In this document: piece by piece, positions 12,854 to 28,616 of the stretch
How the letters are laid out: the number at the start of each line of letters is the position of its first letter
How positions within the stretch are numbered: position 1 is the first letter of the stretch
Assembly: GCA_021613535.1 (NCBI GenBank)
Contig: CP075492.1
Span: 15,376,001-15,440,000, forward strand
Direction: 5' to 3'
Origin: Adineta vaga
Lineage: Eukaryota > Animalia > Rotifera
DNA: 64,000 nt
Program-made: the position numbers and the translations under genes
Notes under the pieces: generated by a model
The model's database searches: none
What the model saw: only the letters and a program-made list of their open reading frames with translations
What the model was told of the DNA's origin: nothing

Positions 12854-13089
12854 TCAATACACTCTTGTTTTCTTTATTGTTTACAGACTGCGCTCTGTAT
12901 CTTGAATAAAATTAGCCCGCTTTGTTTAAGAAAAACTACCTGATACTGTAACTATATGTTTTATTGTTGGGACATAAACATCGTTGAGTAGCTCTTCAAC
13001 AACAATTACGTGTTTCGCTTATTATGAGAACTTATCCCATAGAATGAGTCTTATTTATTTATTTAGTTTTCAAAAATAAAAAACGACAT

Positions 13090-13440
13090 CTATACTCTTG
13101 GATTAATTGATTTAATTCCATCTTCTTCGACATCAAATTGCCATTCTTTTTCGTGATGTTCAATTAAACCTTGATATGGCCATTTGATTTCGAAAGATTT
13201 TCCATCGATTAATTCAACTTGAATTTTATAAATATGTCGATCGGTAATGGTATGTGCATCAGCATAGGAACGTGTTTCTGCAAAATAATGACCACCATTA
13301 CCTTCTAATTTATTCATACGAATCATTTCATGTTCATGATGTTGATTTTCACCACAATAATGAATTTTAAGATCGATCGGATGTGATGTTCGATTATAAA
13401 GATGAGCAGAATGGACGTAAAATTTCTCTTTTAATGGCAT
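13090..13440 (-). CDS. Hypothetical 116-aa protein
   Basis: Clean ATG-to-stop ORF with globular composition. AATAAA-like and AT-rich flanks. No family recognised. Confidence 0.6.
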   Translation of the reverse strand: MPLKEKFYVHSAHLYNRTSHPIDLKIHYCGENQHHEHEMIRMNKLEGNGGHYFAETRSYADAHTITDRHIYKIQVELIDGKSFEIKWPYQGLIEHHEKEWQFDVEEDGIKSINPRV

Positions 13441-14188
13441 ATTCGTCTAATGGAATATTATCTGAATATATCTCGTGATACAAATAAAAGAAAAGAACAG
13501 ATTTTCTTTCGTTCTATACTAATACAGATAGTATACTAAAGGAATGTATTTTTAGTGTGCTGATAGATACGAAGAAAAAAAAAGACATTACTATATAACC
13601 AAGAAGCGTGGAAGTATATATGTTATGACACAGATAAAGATAAAGAACACAATTAACAGAGGTGCTATATTTAGTTATTTGCCTGCAAAAAAAATTGTCT
13701 TTACAAATAGAAATATATAAGATGGTTTAGCTACGCAGAGCGATCTTTCCTTCGTTCTCACTCTCAACCACACCTTCAAGTAATATTTGTTGTATATACT
13801 CAACAAAATTAGATGAAATAGGTTAAAAAAGTTTACTTTAGCCGGTAATGAAAAATCAAGTTGTTCTTTGCTTTTTCTTTATTCAAATACAATGAAGATA
13901 AAATATTAACTTTTATCATATACAATACGAATCTTTTCCGATAAAGTTTATATATTGGCAATTGCGGAATGAAATATTCATTTTTTTCTCTCGTATTCAG
14001 TTTTAATTTATAATTCTTTCTTGTTACTGAAACTCGTGTTACTTCTGTTCAGAAGCTATAAATAACTAATATTATTCTTATTTACTTTTCCTTTTCTTCG
14101 AAATAGATCAAATAAAAAGTAAACATAATCAACTTTAATAACATTACTCTTGTGACTACATATTCAGTGTTTAATTGTAATCATATAC

Positions 14189-16781
14189 ATGATGGTTGCA
14201 CTTCTGCTCGTCATATTTGTGCATGTAGTAACTTCATTTCAAATTGAAATTTTGAATCATAGAATGTATCTTTCAAACAATTATTCCACAATATTATTCA
14301 ATAAGACTCGTTTTGAGTGTATATGCATCGCTTTTGCAGACAACGTTTCATCCACTATGCTGATAAACTTTTATGCAAATGATAGTCATTGTGAATTATT
14401 TGATCATTATCCGATGCAAGCATCAACGCTGATAGCTAATAACAATTTGACCATTATCATGCGTCCATATATTCCATCATTACAAACAGATATAATAAGT
14501 ATAAACTATAATCAGATGCAAATACTTCAATCGAACACACTCTTTTGATAAAAAGAAGTATACGATCTTGAAAAAAGTGAAATAACTGACGCCGAATATA
14601 AATACGAGAAAAATTGAGTGAAATATGAGTAACATGTTAACATAACATTTAAATTAAATCTTTGTTCATACTATTTTCTGTAATTACTTTTTGTTTTCTT
14701 TCTCAAAATTTTCTACAGTTAAGAAAACTTACAAGGGAATATTGAAAAGATTTTAACCGTATGCATTGATGTATAAAGTGTATTTAAAGATAGTGATCAT
14801 AGCATCGATCAATACATTTGATTCTTGTATGCATACATATGTGTTTTTTGTTTCAGCTAGTACAACTCTCTTCAATTCAAGTAAGATCTATTTTTTGTAC
14901 TCTAACAACTTCGACGAAGTATCTCATTCTGATAAACGTTGTGATTTCAGCTCATAATATTGTGACAAACACTATAAGTAAGTAATATATGATTTATCGT
15001 AATGATGCACGATAAATTCCATTTTAGCGACTAGTACAACTTCATCAACATCAAGTGAGAAATTTCTTATTTGTCACGGCGGTTTTTTTAGTATTCTCGA
15101 ATTGCTCTATATCTTGTTATTTCAGCAAGCACCACGGCGACGACTATAACAAGTAAGCAATACATCGTTCTCTGTCATCATATATATAAAGTCGAAACTG
15201 GGACTTGTTTCCTTATTTCAGCTACAACGACGACCACTCGAACAACCAGTAAGTAAAAGTTGATCTCTCACCATACTCGCGATGACAAACATAAACACTT
15301 AATGTTTATTATCATTTCAGCTAGTACAACTTCGTCAACATCGAGTGAGACCTTTGTTTTATTATACATGATGGCCCCTATAACACTCGCCTCAAATACC
15401 ATATACATTTTTATTTTAGCAACTAGCATGACTACTCGCACGACTAGTAAGTATCAGTTGATCTCCCAAAAAACTATATATCAAGCTCAATACTGTAATA
15501 TCAATTATGATTTTAGCTAGTACAACATCGTCAACGTCAAGTGAGAACATTCTTATTTACTACGAATACTCCCATAATACTGATCAACTATCATTTATTT
15601 TATTATTTCAGCAACGAGTAAGACAACAACTACAACAAGTAAGCAATATACAATCAGCTATTAGGATATATGAAAAGTTGAAACTGTAACATATATTATT
15701 ATTTTAGCAACTACCACAACCACTCGTACAACCAGTAAGTAATACCTGATCTTTCGCCACACTCGCTAGGACAATTCTTAATTCTTTCTTGTAAATTATT
15801 TTTCTAGCCAGTACAACATCGTCAACATCAGGTAAGATCTCTTTTATTTACTACGGTGGCTCCTGTAGTAGTACCCAACCATCATATACTTTTTTCATTT
15901 TAGCCACGAGTACAACGACAACTACAACAAGTAGGTCACATGCCCAGTCCGTTTTTATAATAGTCGAAAAATTCTAAACTAACAGCGAGGATACATTACG
16001 AAACTGTGAGTGAGTAAAAAGTTGTGAATGTGTGTTTATGATCAAATGATTGTCGCACTTTGTTTCTTAAAACACGGATGCTCGCCTAGACTTACATTTA
16101 GTCTGTATTCATGCATCAATAAGAATTATAATAAAAATGTACTTTTACTTTCTCTAGAACCGATGTCTATATAGAAATATCATGATTAGATCGGAACATT
16201 TTAATGATTTTCAGGGTTGGTCTAATTCGAAACTATTTCAGTTTTGTTGTGCCTAACTGAAGATAATACTACAATGGCATTTTATATTCTCGTTTTTAGC
16301 CCAGGCACCTACTCAACTCTGGAGTGTTTCCAGTCGTTCAGGTCTTATCTCATCATATGCTAACTTCAAGTTTTCTTGGACAGCACTAACAACCCGAAAT
16401 GCCACAATCGCCTTTCAAATGCAAAACAAACCAGGCTATTGGTATGTCGATGATGTGTCCGTCATTGCAGGTGGTACTGAAAAGTTGGTGAATGGAGGAT
16501 TTGAGACGGGTAGTCTGCCACCATGGATTCGAACAACACCAAATGGAGCTTGTGGTGGTACGGCAGGTAGTGTCACGAGTTCACTAGGAAATGGAGGAGC
16601 AGGAGGAGGAACACCAAAAACAGGCACTTACTACGTTGGTGATGGAAGTGAAACTTGCTATGATCAAGTTCAGCAATCCTTCGGTGTTACAATGGGCATC
16701 GTTTATAATATATCGTTTTGGATCAAGTCGGCGAATTACGGGTCCAGTGGGCCAGAATACATTGCTGTTGTTATTCTCTAA
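14189..16781 (+). CDS. Secreted micro-exon gene: apple-like N-domain, Thr/Ser stalk encoded by 12-13 micro-exons, C-terminal carbohydrate-binding-like beta domain
   Basis: Exon 1 is 14189-14498 (phase 1). Micro-exons of 24/27 nt lie between 14857 and 16009. The last exon 16300-16781 is in phase and contains WYVDDVSV and LVNGGFETGSLPPW (CBM4/9-like). Confidence 0.8.
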
Positions 16782-17376
16782 ATACAGCTATCAAAACATA
16801 TTGACATAATGTAATTGGACGGATATTCATTTGATATACGTCTATCCTAATTATATAGTCGAATTACAATATAATATTCGTATTATCTTCCATTATTTTA
16901 ATATAGATTGTCCTTATTTTATTAATTTGTTTTGATGAATACGACATACTGTTAATTCTGAAAAAGTATTGTTAAGTTATTTTGCAAATGAATGAACAAG
17001 TATAGTGGTACCAATTTCATAACATTTCTTTCTTTCTATCTACTCGTTTCATCGATTTATGTTGTGTAATGTGAAATTTTACTTATTTTAAACTGTCACA
17101 TAGCATGTCAATGTATATTTGAGCGCATAAAATGACTCATTGATTGCACGTAAAGAATGTGCAAATAACCGTAAAAACGATACGACTAATTGTTCATCAA
17201 AAGAAACAAAAAAGAGTTTCGCACATAGTAACACTAATGTAGAATATTTAGAAAAAAAAAGTTTAATTCTTGTATATTAGATCTTTCTTCAATAGATAAC
17301 ATATACGATAATAGTTTTGTTCTTATCAGTTGTTTATGAAACAAAGTATACATTTAAGTTGACTAAAAGATTCAGT

Positions 17377-19263
<1,887 letters not shown>

Positions 19264-19495
19264 GATTTGTGCTGATCTTTGCGATCTATTTTTTCTGTTT
19301 TAATCGGTAAATAAGAAGTATTAAAAGTGTGTGTATAGTCGCACATGTGATGTATTGATAATTGATTGTGCAATGTTCTTTCCTTTTTCTTCCGACAATA
19401 TAAATTAGAAGAAACATGCGAACAAAGTAGACAAATAATTTTTCTCTTCATTTCTGTTTTTTTTAGAGCTACCGAATGCTGAAATTCTTATTTCT

Positions 19496-21348
19496 ATGAC
19501 TCAACAGATCGTTAACGATACAGCTGATGATGAAAATATACACGAAGAAAACGGTATCGATGGTTACAAAAATCTACCTCTTGTATCTTTTGAAATGGCT
19601 ATTAGTCCCCTATACAAACATGTTAGAAATCTTGATAAAGCCGTCGACGAAGCTAAAAAATATGGTAGAAGAACATCGCATGGTCTCAATGACGATGAAA
19701 CAAAAGCTATCTATTTGTATACGATGGAAATCGAGCCGACAGGTGTTTATAGTATTTTCAATCGACATCTTCGAACGAATAATTTAACTGAAGCTCGACC
19801 TTGGTTTCCATATATTAAATTGTTGTGTACTGCCTTAGAAGGACTCCCGTCTTACAGTGGTTCAGTTTGGCGCGGAGTACGTGGTAATGTAGCAAAAAAA
19901 TATGAGAAAGGAAAAACATTCTGTTGGTGGGCATTTACTTCATGCACAACGTCACTTAGTGTTATTAAAACCTTCCTTCCGGAGAGTGGAAAAGGTACGA
20001 TCTTTATGATTGAATGTTTTAATGGTAGAGAAATTGCCGAATATTCAAATATTCCCAGAGAAGATGAAGTTCTTCTGTTACCTGGAATCAAACTGACAGT
20101 AGTGGATGGTGGATTGGAATTCTCTGGAATGCGTATGGTACATCTGAGAGAAGCTGTCACAAAATCACGAGCTTCAACAGCTCATAAGCAAAGTTCAACA
20201 ATGAAACCGACAGAATCATTATTCTCAGATAAACCACAATTAAAAAAAGAAGCAAACACATACACAAAGAAACAAGATTCGTCAAGTGAGTGTTCAGATA
20301 TGGAAATAAAAACGACTGAAGAAAATGTTAGTGAGATCAGATGTGACAATAATAAATTCAAACGGCATTTACAACTATCTTCGAGATTTAATGATCATTC
20401 TGTTTTATTCGTGTTTTAGATGCAAAAGCAATCACTACTTCGTGTCCACACTGTTCAACAAGTCTCACTTTAGCATCTACACATCAAAACGGCCAAGAAA
20501 TTACCTGCTGTATGTGCAAGAAGAAATTTATCGAAATTACATGTATTCATTGCTCTAAGCTTAATGTATGGAAAAACGCGGATCGAAAGGATGGCGAAAT
20601 CACAACCTGTTGGAGTTGTAAGAAACAATTTCATCATCTCAACTGTCCTCATTGCACAGAACCGAACATATGGAAGGACGCAAACTATATACAAGGACAA
20701 AAAATATCGTGTTGGAGTTGCAAAAAACTGTTTCAACATTTGAATTGTCCTAATTGTTTGAAAGAAAACTTTTGGAAACAAGCAGATTATAATGAAGGAC
20801 AGAAAATTCCATGTTGGAGTTGCAAAAAACAGTTTCAGCATGTAAGCTGTCCTCATTGTTCGAAAGAAAACTTTTGGAAGAACGCAGATCGAAAAGAAGG
20901 GTCACGAACACCGTGTTGGAATTGCAAAAAACAATTTCAGCATATCAATTGTCCTCATTGTTCACAACCAAATGTATGGAAGGATGCAAATCGTACAGAA
21001 GGTGGAGAAACACCATGCTACTATTGTGGTAAACAATTTCAAATTGTCACTTGTCCTCATTGTTCGGAAGCCAATTTCTGGAAAAAATCTGATTATATAC
21101 AAGGAACGACAGTTCCATGTTGGAGTTGCAAAAAACAATTTCAACATATCAACTGTCCTCATTGTAAGAAAGGAAACTTTTGGAAAAATGCAGATTATAA
21201 ACAACGTGGTGTAACGACATGTTATTCTTGTCAAAGTCGATTTCAACATGTTATCTGTCCATATTGTAATTCGGAAAATATTTTTCAAAATGCTGATCTT
21301 TCTTCAAATACTCAGGTAGAATGCCATGGCTGTTCACGAACATTTTGA
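19496..21348 (+). CDS. ADP-ribosyltransferase (R-S-E) fused to nine tandem C4 zinc-ribbon repeats
   Basis: Motifs VWRGV, FTSCTTS and EDEVLL. A phase-1 donor (20286, or 20331) and acceptor at 20419 join in frame to the CxxC-repeat ORF ending at 21348. Confidence 0.82.
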
Positions 21349-22512
21349 ATGATTAAATAAACTTGGATTATATAGTATTCAAATGTTTTTTTATCTATAA
21401 TAAATAGTTACCTATAGTAATCATCATTGTGCTTCAGTTAATGAATATCTATTGCTACATATATAGATTTTGCTAGAATTCTATTCGACGTCATATCAAT
21501 GGATGAAACAAACCGAAAGATCGTTATATCGAATGGTGTTCACCTCTCTTAAGATGATAGTAAAGTCAGAAATAGTTGGGCGGGAAGGTGAATATGTAAG
21601 ATCTCAACTCTGGTGTGTTTCGTATTGCAAGGTCAGTTAAAAATCATTACTAAACCTTTTCAACAACTTTCTATTGTCGTTTTTCTTTATTTATTCAAAT
21701 CTTGAAATGAATTTATCTTCGACGTAGAAATAATACTATAATTAGAAAAAATAGAATCTAAGCAACATGCACAGTACAATGTGTCCGAAATGAAAGAACT
21801 AGATAATATTTTTTTTAAATGTTCTTTTGCATTGTTTATGTCTGTGACTTATTTCTGACGCTTGTATGAAATCGACTGAAATTTTCTAATGATCGGTGCC
21901 TCGTTTGATAAAACAATTTATAGAAAACAAAGATATTTTTCTTTTCATTTTGCATGGAATTTAAAATCAATGTTTTAATATGACAGCAACTTTTCAGACA
22001 TGATCATATAGTAACTGTGCAATTTAATTGACTTATATTGTGAAACAATCCATGAATTTAACTTTTAACCGCTTATTATATGGAAGTATCTTTACTAATT
22101 AGATTTAACTTATATAGTGACATCAGTTCGTTAGACAATCTAGAAGAATGTAGCGAACAATTCACTGTGTGATAATCTTTGGTTGACATTTTTACACCTA
22201 CAGATAATTATTAAGCTCAAAAAACGAAGAAAATCTTTCAAGACTAATTATAACTCTTCAAATAAGAACTGCATAATTGTTACAGTCAAATAAGCAAATT
22301 TCTATAAAAAGTAAAGCTTTTAATTGACACGCACAGTCTTTTCTTACATGCTATGAAGAAAAACAAACCCGCCTGATGTTCATCATATGCTCCGAAAGTT
22401 CATTTGTTTTACTAAATAAAGATCATTTTCAAGGTGAGTAACAACGACACACATATACGACCTAAAACACTAAAATAGATTAATTTTTTTATTGATTATT
22501 AACATTTAAACA

Positions 22513-23482
22513 ATGTCATTAGCATACATTGGTCAACAATGTGTCATTTATGGTGGAATGATTTTTCTTATCGGAGGTTTAATCGGTAATAGTATTAATA
22601 TTGTAATATTCTCAACAGTACGTACATATCGTCGAACACCATGTACATTCTATTTTCTTATTGCTTCAATTGCGAACATAATCTATATGTCATTTAATTT
22701 TACTACTCGTATTTATGGAAATATCAATGGAATTGATCTAGCAAATCTTTCGATACATTGGTGTAAAATACGACAATTTCTAATTGTTTCTTTTAGTATG
22801 ATAACATTGACATGTTCATGTTTAGCAACAATTGATCAATTCTTCAGAACATCAAAACATGTTCATCTTCGAAGATGTAGTAATATCAAATGGACATATC
22901 AAATTGTTGTTATCAATCTTATTCTTTGGTTTATTCATGCAATTCCTTGTCTTTTCTTCTATGATATTTCATTAAACACAAGCAAATGTGGAATTATTCA
23001 TCCTATTTATGCAATTTATAATCGTATTTATCTTCTCGGCTTACTTTGTTTAATGCCAATGACAGTCACAATGATATTCGGATGTTTAACATATCAAAAT
23101 ATTCGTGCAACGAGACATCTTGTTCGTCAAAATGCAGATCGACAATTAGCAAAGATGACTCTATATCAAGTAATGTTAATTATATGTAGTCTCTGTCCAT
23201 ACTGTGTGTATAGTATTTACAATTTAATAACAGAAAAATTCATGAAAGATTCCACTCAATTAACACGAGAAAATTTTGCCCTAACAATCTTTACGTTAAT
23301 AACGTATTGTTATTATTCTGTAAGTTTTCTTTTTGTGAATATGTCATGTTTGATATGATTTATTTTAGGGAAGTGGTTTTATGTTTTGGGTTTCATCAAG
23401 TCGATACCGACAAAAGGTCGAAAAGAAAATATGTTGTTGTCGAAGAAATCATCAAATAAATACTTCGGATGTACAAAGTTAA
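22513..23482 (+). CDS. Divergent rhodopsin-like GPCR, 2 exons
   Basis: Motifs GLIGNSINI, WCKIRQF and LATIDQF. Exon 1 22513-23319, intron to 23368, last exon GSGFMFWVSSSRYRQK... Confidence 0.88.
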
Positions 23483-24203
23483 ACATATTCATGCGTTATT
23501 TATTCACTTTTATGTTGTAATGTCAGTGCATTGTTTTAGAAAAATAAAGGTCAACTTTTTTTCTTCACTCATTCGTCGAGATAAAATGAGTTACAGCAAG
23601 CATAGCAAATATTTATCTAATATAATCTAAATGTAACTTCAACTATTCTACATGGTTTGATAGACAATTTTATATGGTCTACAAAACTATGATAAACTGT
23701 ATGTTTGATCAGAACGAATCTGTCATCAGCTGCACTTTGTAAAGTACGCTTAAAAATTAAATTTGAGTCCAATATTTTTTTCCATTGATTACACAGTTTA
23801 CTCGCTAGAAATGAAAGGAACGTGTTTCTTTAGAATATTTTTTGTTATATTGACTTTGATAAGTAAAATCTTACTATGGTATATAAATGAAAGCATAAAA
23901 CTAGTCAATTTCCTGCTAAATAAGACTTTTCCGAGAAATACAAAGTATCAAGTATAATTTGGTAATGAATTTTCATTTGTTTTTTTTATTTCATTTCAAT
24001 ATTCCCCTTCTTAAACAAGAGAGAAGATATATCAAGAAATATTTATATACAAGCACAGTATTGATCTTTACCCTCAATCATACTTTCAACTGCATCCTTC
24101 AGCCATATTCTATCATTTGAATTCATTATAATGAAATTGAGTCACATTTAGTATGTCTTCAAAAACAAACAAACAAACAAGTATTTCCATTTTACATCTT
24201 TAA

Positions 24204-27200
24204 TTATGATATTCGACCAAAACGTTGTCGAAATTGAGTTCGATATTTTACGATTGATTTCTGTAAAATTTCGATGGTAAAACAAAGATAAAAAACGTAA
24301 TCATTGTTGGAATAAATGAGACGAAATAACCATAAAGAAATATCCAAGAATCTTTCGTTGAATTCATACATTTGAATAAATAAGATAGAATTAAACGTGG
24401 TAATGCAAGAATAAATAAAATAACAGGTGCAATTAATAGATGTTGATGTTCACGAATTTGTCGATGTAAAACATCTTTATAAAATTGCTGATCATTACAA
24501 ACATGAACTTTTTGATGAAATCTTTTTTGAATTAGAATATTTGATGAAATAAAATTAATGAGAAATGGAACGAAAAAATGAAGTGTATTCATTATTCGAT
24601 TATGAATTTGTAAATTTGAAGAATAATTCACAATACACCATATTCTTATTTTACTATTATCATTCTCATTTTCCTCTTGAAATAAACGTCGATGAATTGG
24701 ATCATGAATCGATGTTAAAATAGTTAATAATAGAAGAAGAATTAAAACTTTTTTCGCTAATTGTTTACTTTTCTTTGTAACAAATCTACGAGCTTGAATA
24801 ATTGTTATTGCTCTTTCCAATGCTACACATGCATTTAACCATTGATCCATATTTAGACAAATTCGAAGAAGAAAATCTAAGGAATAACATTGAATTTTTA
24901 AGAATAATTGATTTGATGGTATTGAGATTTGAGTTGAAAGATAAATCAAATATTTCAATTCAAATAAAATCATTATTAATATTGTAGTTATTGATGAACT
25001 TAATAAATAAATTCCACAACCAACTTCAAGTACATTCTTAGTTTTAAATGTTATTAATGAAAGAAACCCATTAATTAATCCAATAATCATAAATAGAATT
25101 GTTAATGAAAAACTTATTTTAACAATTGATGTTTGATGAAAAATATTCACATTTGGAATAATATGATATGCTAAGATAGCATCCAATGATAGACCAAATT
25201 CACTTGTACTAAATTGACATCGATTTCCATAATAACATGAAGGACAAATACAGATGGATCGTTTTGGACAATCTGGTGAATCTTGAAAGCATTGACCATT
25301 ATTTTCACAATGATTCTGTCCAAAACAATCAAATTGAAAACAATTTGCTAAACGTTTCTTCTTCTGATGATTATAACATAGACAAAGATGAAAATCATCA
25401 TGAAAACATTGTAAATGAGGAGAATATTGTTGACAAATCAAATGATAAGATTTTACTCGACGAAGAACATGAAGTTGAGAAAATGTTTGATTCACTAATT
25501 CATTAATCGATGGACAACGATGAGATGAATTAATTCTTTTTACTATTGTTGTTGAATGATTATAAATTGATTGAATAACACTTAAATAATAAGTTTTATC
25601 TAATGTTTCAATAAAAGTGAGATGAAATGGTTGTGACCAATAGATTTGAATCGAATTGGTTGCTTGTGAGATTGTTTGAAAAGTTGTAGATCTTTGTGAT
25701 GAAGTTTTTGGAATTGTAAATTCAAATTGTTCAAATGGAATAATTCTTATAAAATGAATAAAAATTGAATGAGATATATGAATACTTTTATCAAATATTA
25801 TATTCAATTGATTGTCCACTATTTCACATTGATTTCCATTAAAACCTTTTGGACAAATACAAAAATATTTTCTATTCGTTGATAACATAAAAGCATCATG
25901 TGGAATACATAAACCATTATTTTCACATCGAGATTTATCACATATTCGATTTCGAAGATAACATTTCGAACCAAAATAATTTTCTTGACAAACACATATG
26001 GATCGATTATTATTGAATAAATCAATAGATAATGAATTGAATGAACAAGTAGAATTAAATTTAATTTTACAATCTCGTATTGATAAATAGGTAAATTGTT
26101 CATACGAGTGAATAGTTCGTTGAGTTGTATTATCAAGAAGTAAAACTAAGATGGCAAATAAAATTTGTCTTGATTGAACTGAAGCATGAAATCTTATTGA
26201 CAGACTTAAACGTTGATTTTGATATTGACATTAATTACCATAATAACTTGGTGGACAAAGACATGTACTTGTATAATGATTGGAGGATTTATTTAACCAA
26301 ACACGTAAATCAAGACCACGATTACAACGAGGATTATCAAGTAGAGGAAGTAGTGTGAAATCATCTAACGTTATTATATTAATTAATTCATTCTTATTTA
26401 TTTCATCTTTGGATGATTGATTGAATCCATCTATTTTAAAATATTTTACTCTTGGTTTAGAGTTATACTTCGTCGTATTACATAAAAACTTTTCAATATC
26501 AGAACCAAATGATATATAGTCATTTTGACAAATACTATAACCTACTGGAATTGACCTATTTATCTGACAAAATTGTTCATCTTCTCTATTGAAACACCAA
26601 GCAGTAGTTGTACATAAACTATCAGAGTCAATGCACGATGAACCAAGGCTGTTATCACAATAAAATCCTCCATCTCTATTAAAAAAAGGATGTCGGCATA
26701 ATATTCGTTCATCAGTACCACCAAGACAGTCGACTTTACCATCATTAATTTGATTAAGAGGTAAACATGTCATTTGATATGTATCTAATGTTACACACAT
26801 TCGATAATCTGACGAACAATTAAGTAATGACGGTAATCCATCACAATCTATTTCGTCTTTTCCATCTAAACAATCCCATACTTTATCACAATGAGTATAT
26901 ATATTATCACATTCCCATTGTTCACATTCAGTTTCATCTATTGCATTTTTTCCATCGATTGTGATCGGATATAACTTCTGGAAACTATCACAAATTGTCT
27001 GAAAAGATATAGTTCGTCCAGTAAAGTTATCAAATTCATGTTCATCTTCACAGAAATTGTGTTCGTCATATCCACAATCACAATCTCCATTTAAAATTAC
27101 TGATTGAGGAATATATTTGTTCATAATAAGACATTTATAATATTTGTATTTAAATTGTGAAAATAGATGAGGATTTGTATCTTCAACTATATTTTCATCA

Positions 27201-28616
27201 TCATTATAAGGACAATCAGATATACCATTGTTTAAATGATTAAATAAGATACATTTGGATGAATTTATACATTGATATAAATTGTATTCATTACATTGAT
27301 TTAGAGGAAAACTGATTATTGGATTAAATCTTTTTATTTGTAGGAAAATCTCATCCATAAGTATATGAAATAGAGAAGTAAAAGTACGTCTTTCGAATAT
27401 TGCATTAGATGCTATTGGTGCAACTTTAAAACATATTGTATTCTTCAATGATGTATCTACAACAAAACCAAATGAGTCGTCATAAAAGGATTTATTCGAA
27501 CACAAATAAAGTAGACTTGAGTTTAACGGATATGATAATTCATTTTTATTGTAAGCTGTATAAACATGACCAAAGAATATTGGACTATTGGCAACAAATA
27601 ATATTTCTGGACATGTTTCTCTTATGATAAGTATGCATGTTCTCTCGATAATGCCATCATATATTTGAGGGAATTTTGAGGTTGGTAAGTAACATTAACA
27701 TTTAAAAGCTGACCAACATTCATCTGATACAGACTCATCTTTGATGGAAAACATTGACTCCAATAATAATGCAAGAACTTGTTACAAATGTGCGTTTACA
27801 TTTCACATCTTCATATCCAAATATTAGTTCAGCCGTGAAAGATATCCCCCAAGAAAGACTATTTTTCATCTTTTCATCAGATCCATCAATACAATCAAAA
27901 ATTATCACGTCATCTTGAACAAATTCATATGGTATACATTGGCCATTATTACATCGATATTCATTTTGTTTACATTCGTTGAATTCAAGTTGCCAACAAT
28001 ATTCTTCATCATAATCTCCATCTAGACAATCAACTACACCATCACAAATCTCCGTCCAATCTAAACATGCTGGTGGATAACCACGATGACATTACAAATG
28101 TGTATAACAAGTCAGATTAGTTGGACCATACTGATAAAATTCATAGTAATTATAAATCATTTCATATAATGATGAATAATATAATTCATATTGACACATT
28201 GATCCAAATCTTGGTAATGTACAATTATAAAAGATTTGTTTAGCTAAAGATAGATCAATTGTTTCCAAATAGATTTGATATAGTTCAATAATATCAATCG
28301 GTGTTGACCATAAATATAAATCTTCACTTGAGATATTATTTGTTGCAAGATCAGCAAAAGAAAATGTTTGTAATGAAGTATCATTTTTAATATGAAATTT
28401 GAATGATGATTCACTCATACAATAAGAAAAGATTTGTCGATTAGTACTTCCTTGATTCAGATTTGAAGCGAACCGAAAACAATTATATCCTACGTCAATT
28501 CCATCATTATATTCATTTTCACTTACTTCATTCGCCGTAAAATAGAGATTGAATTGTGGTATAGCTAATATCTAACGAATACAAATGAAATAGAATGAAT
28601 ATCTCATACGAGGCAT
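24204..28616 (-). pseudogene. LDL-receptor class A/EGF-repeat-containing GPCR, disrupted
   Basis: LDLa motifs (CLDWTEICDGVVDCLDG..DE; HCDKVWDCLDGKDE), EGF repeats (CLCPPSYYG, CICPKGFNGNQCE) and a 7TM region with ALERA. In-frame stops at 28572, 28092 and 26231 plus frameshifts. Confidence 0.85.

Noticed and set aside
14857-15930. Repeat-spacer-like pattern resembling CRISPR
   Set aside because: The repeats are AG/GT-flanked coding micro-exons and the spacers are introns.
20470-21288. Overlapping ORFs on other frames and strands of the zinc-ribbon repeat
   Set aside because: By-products of the 102-nt repeat periodicity, with no independent motifs.
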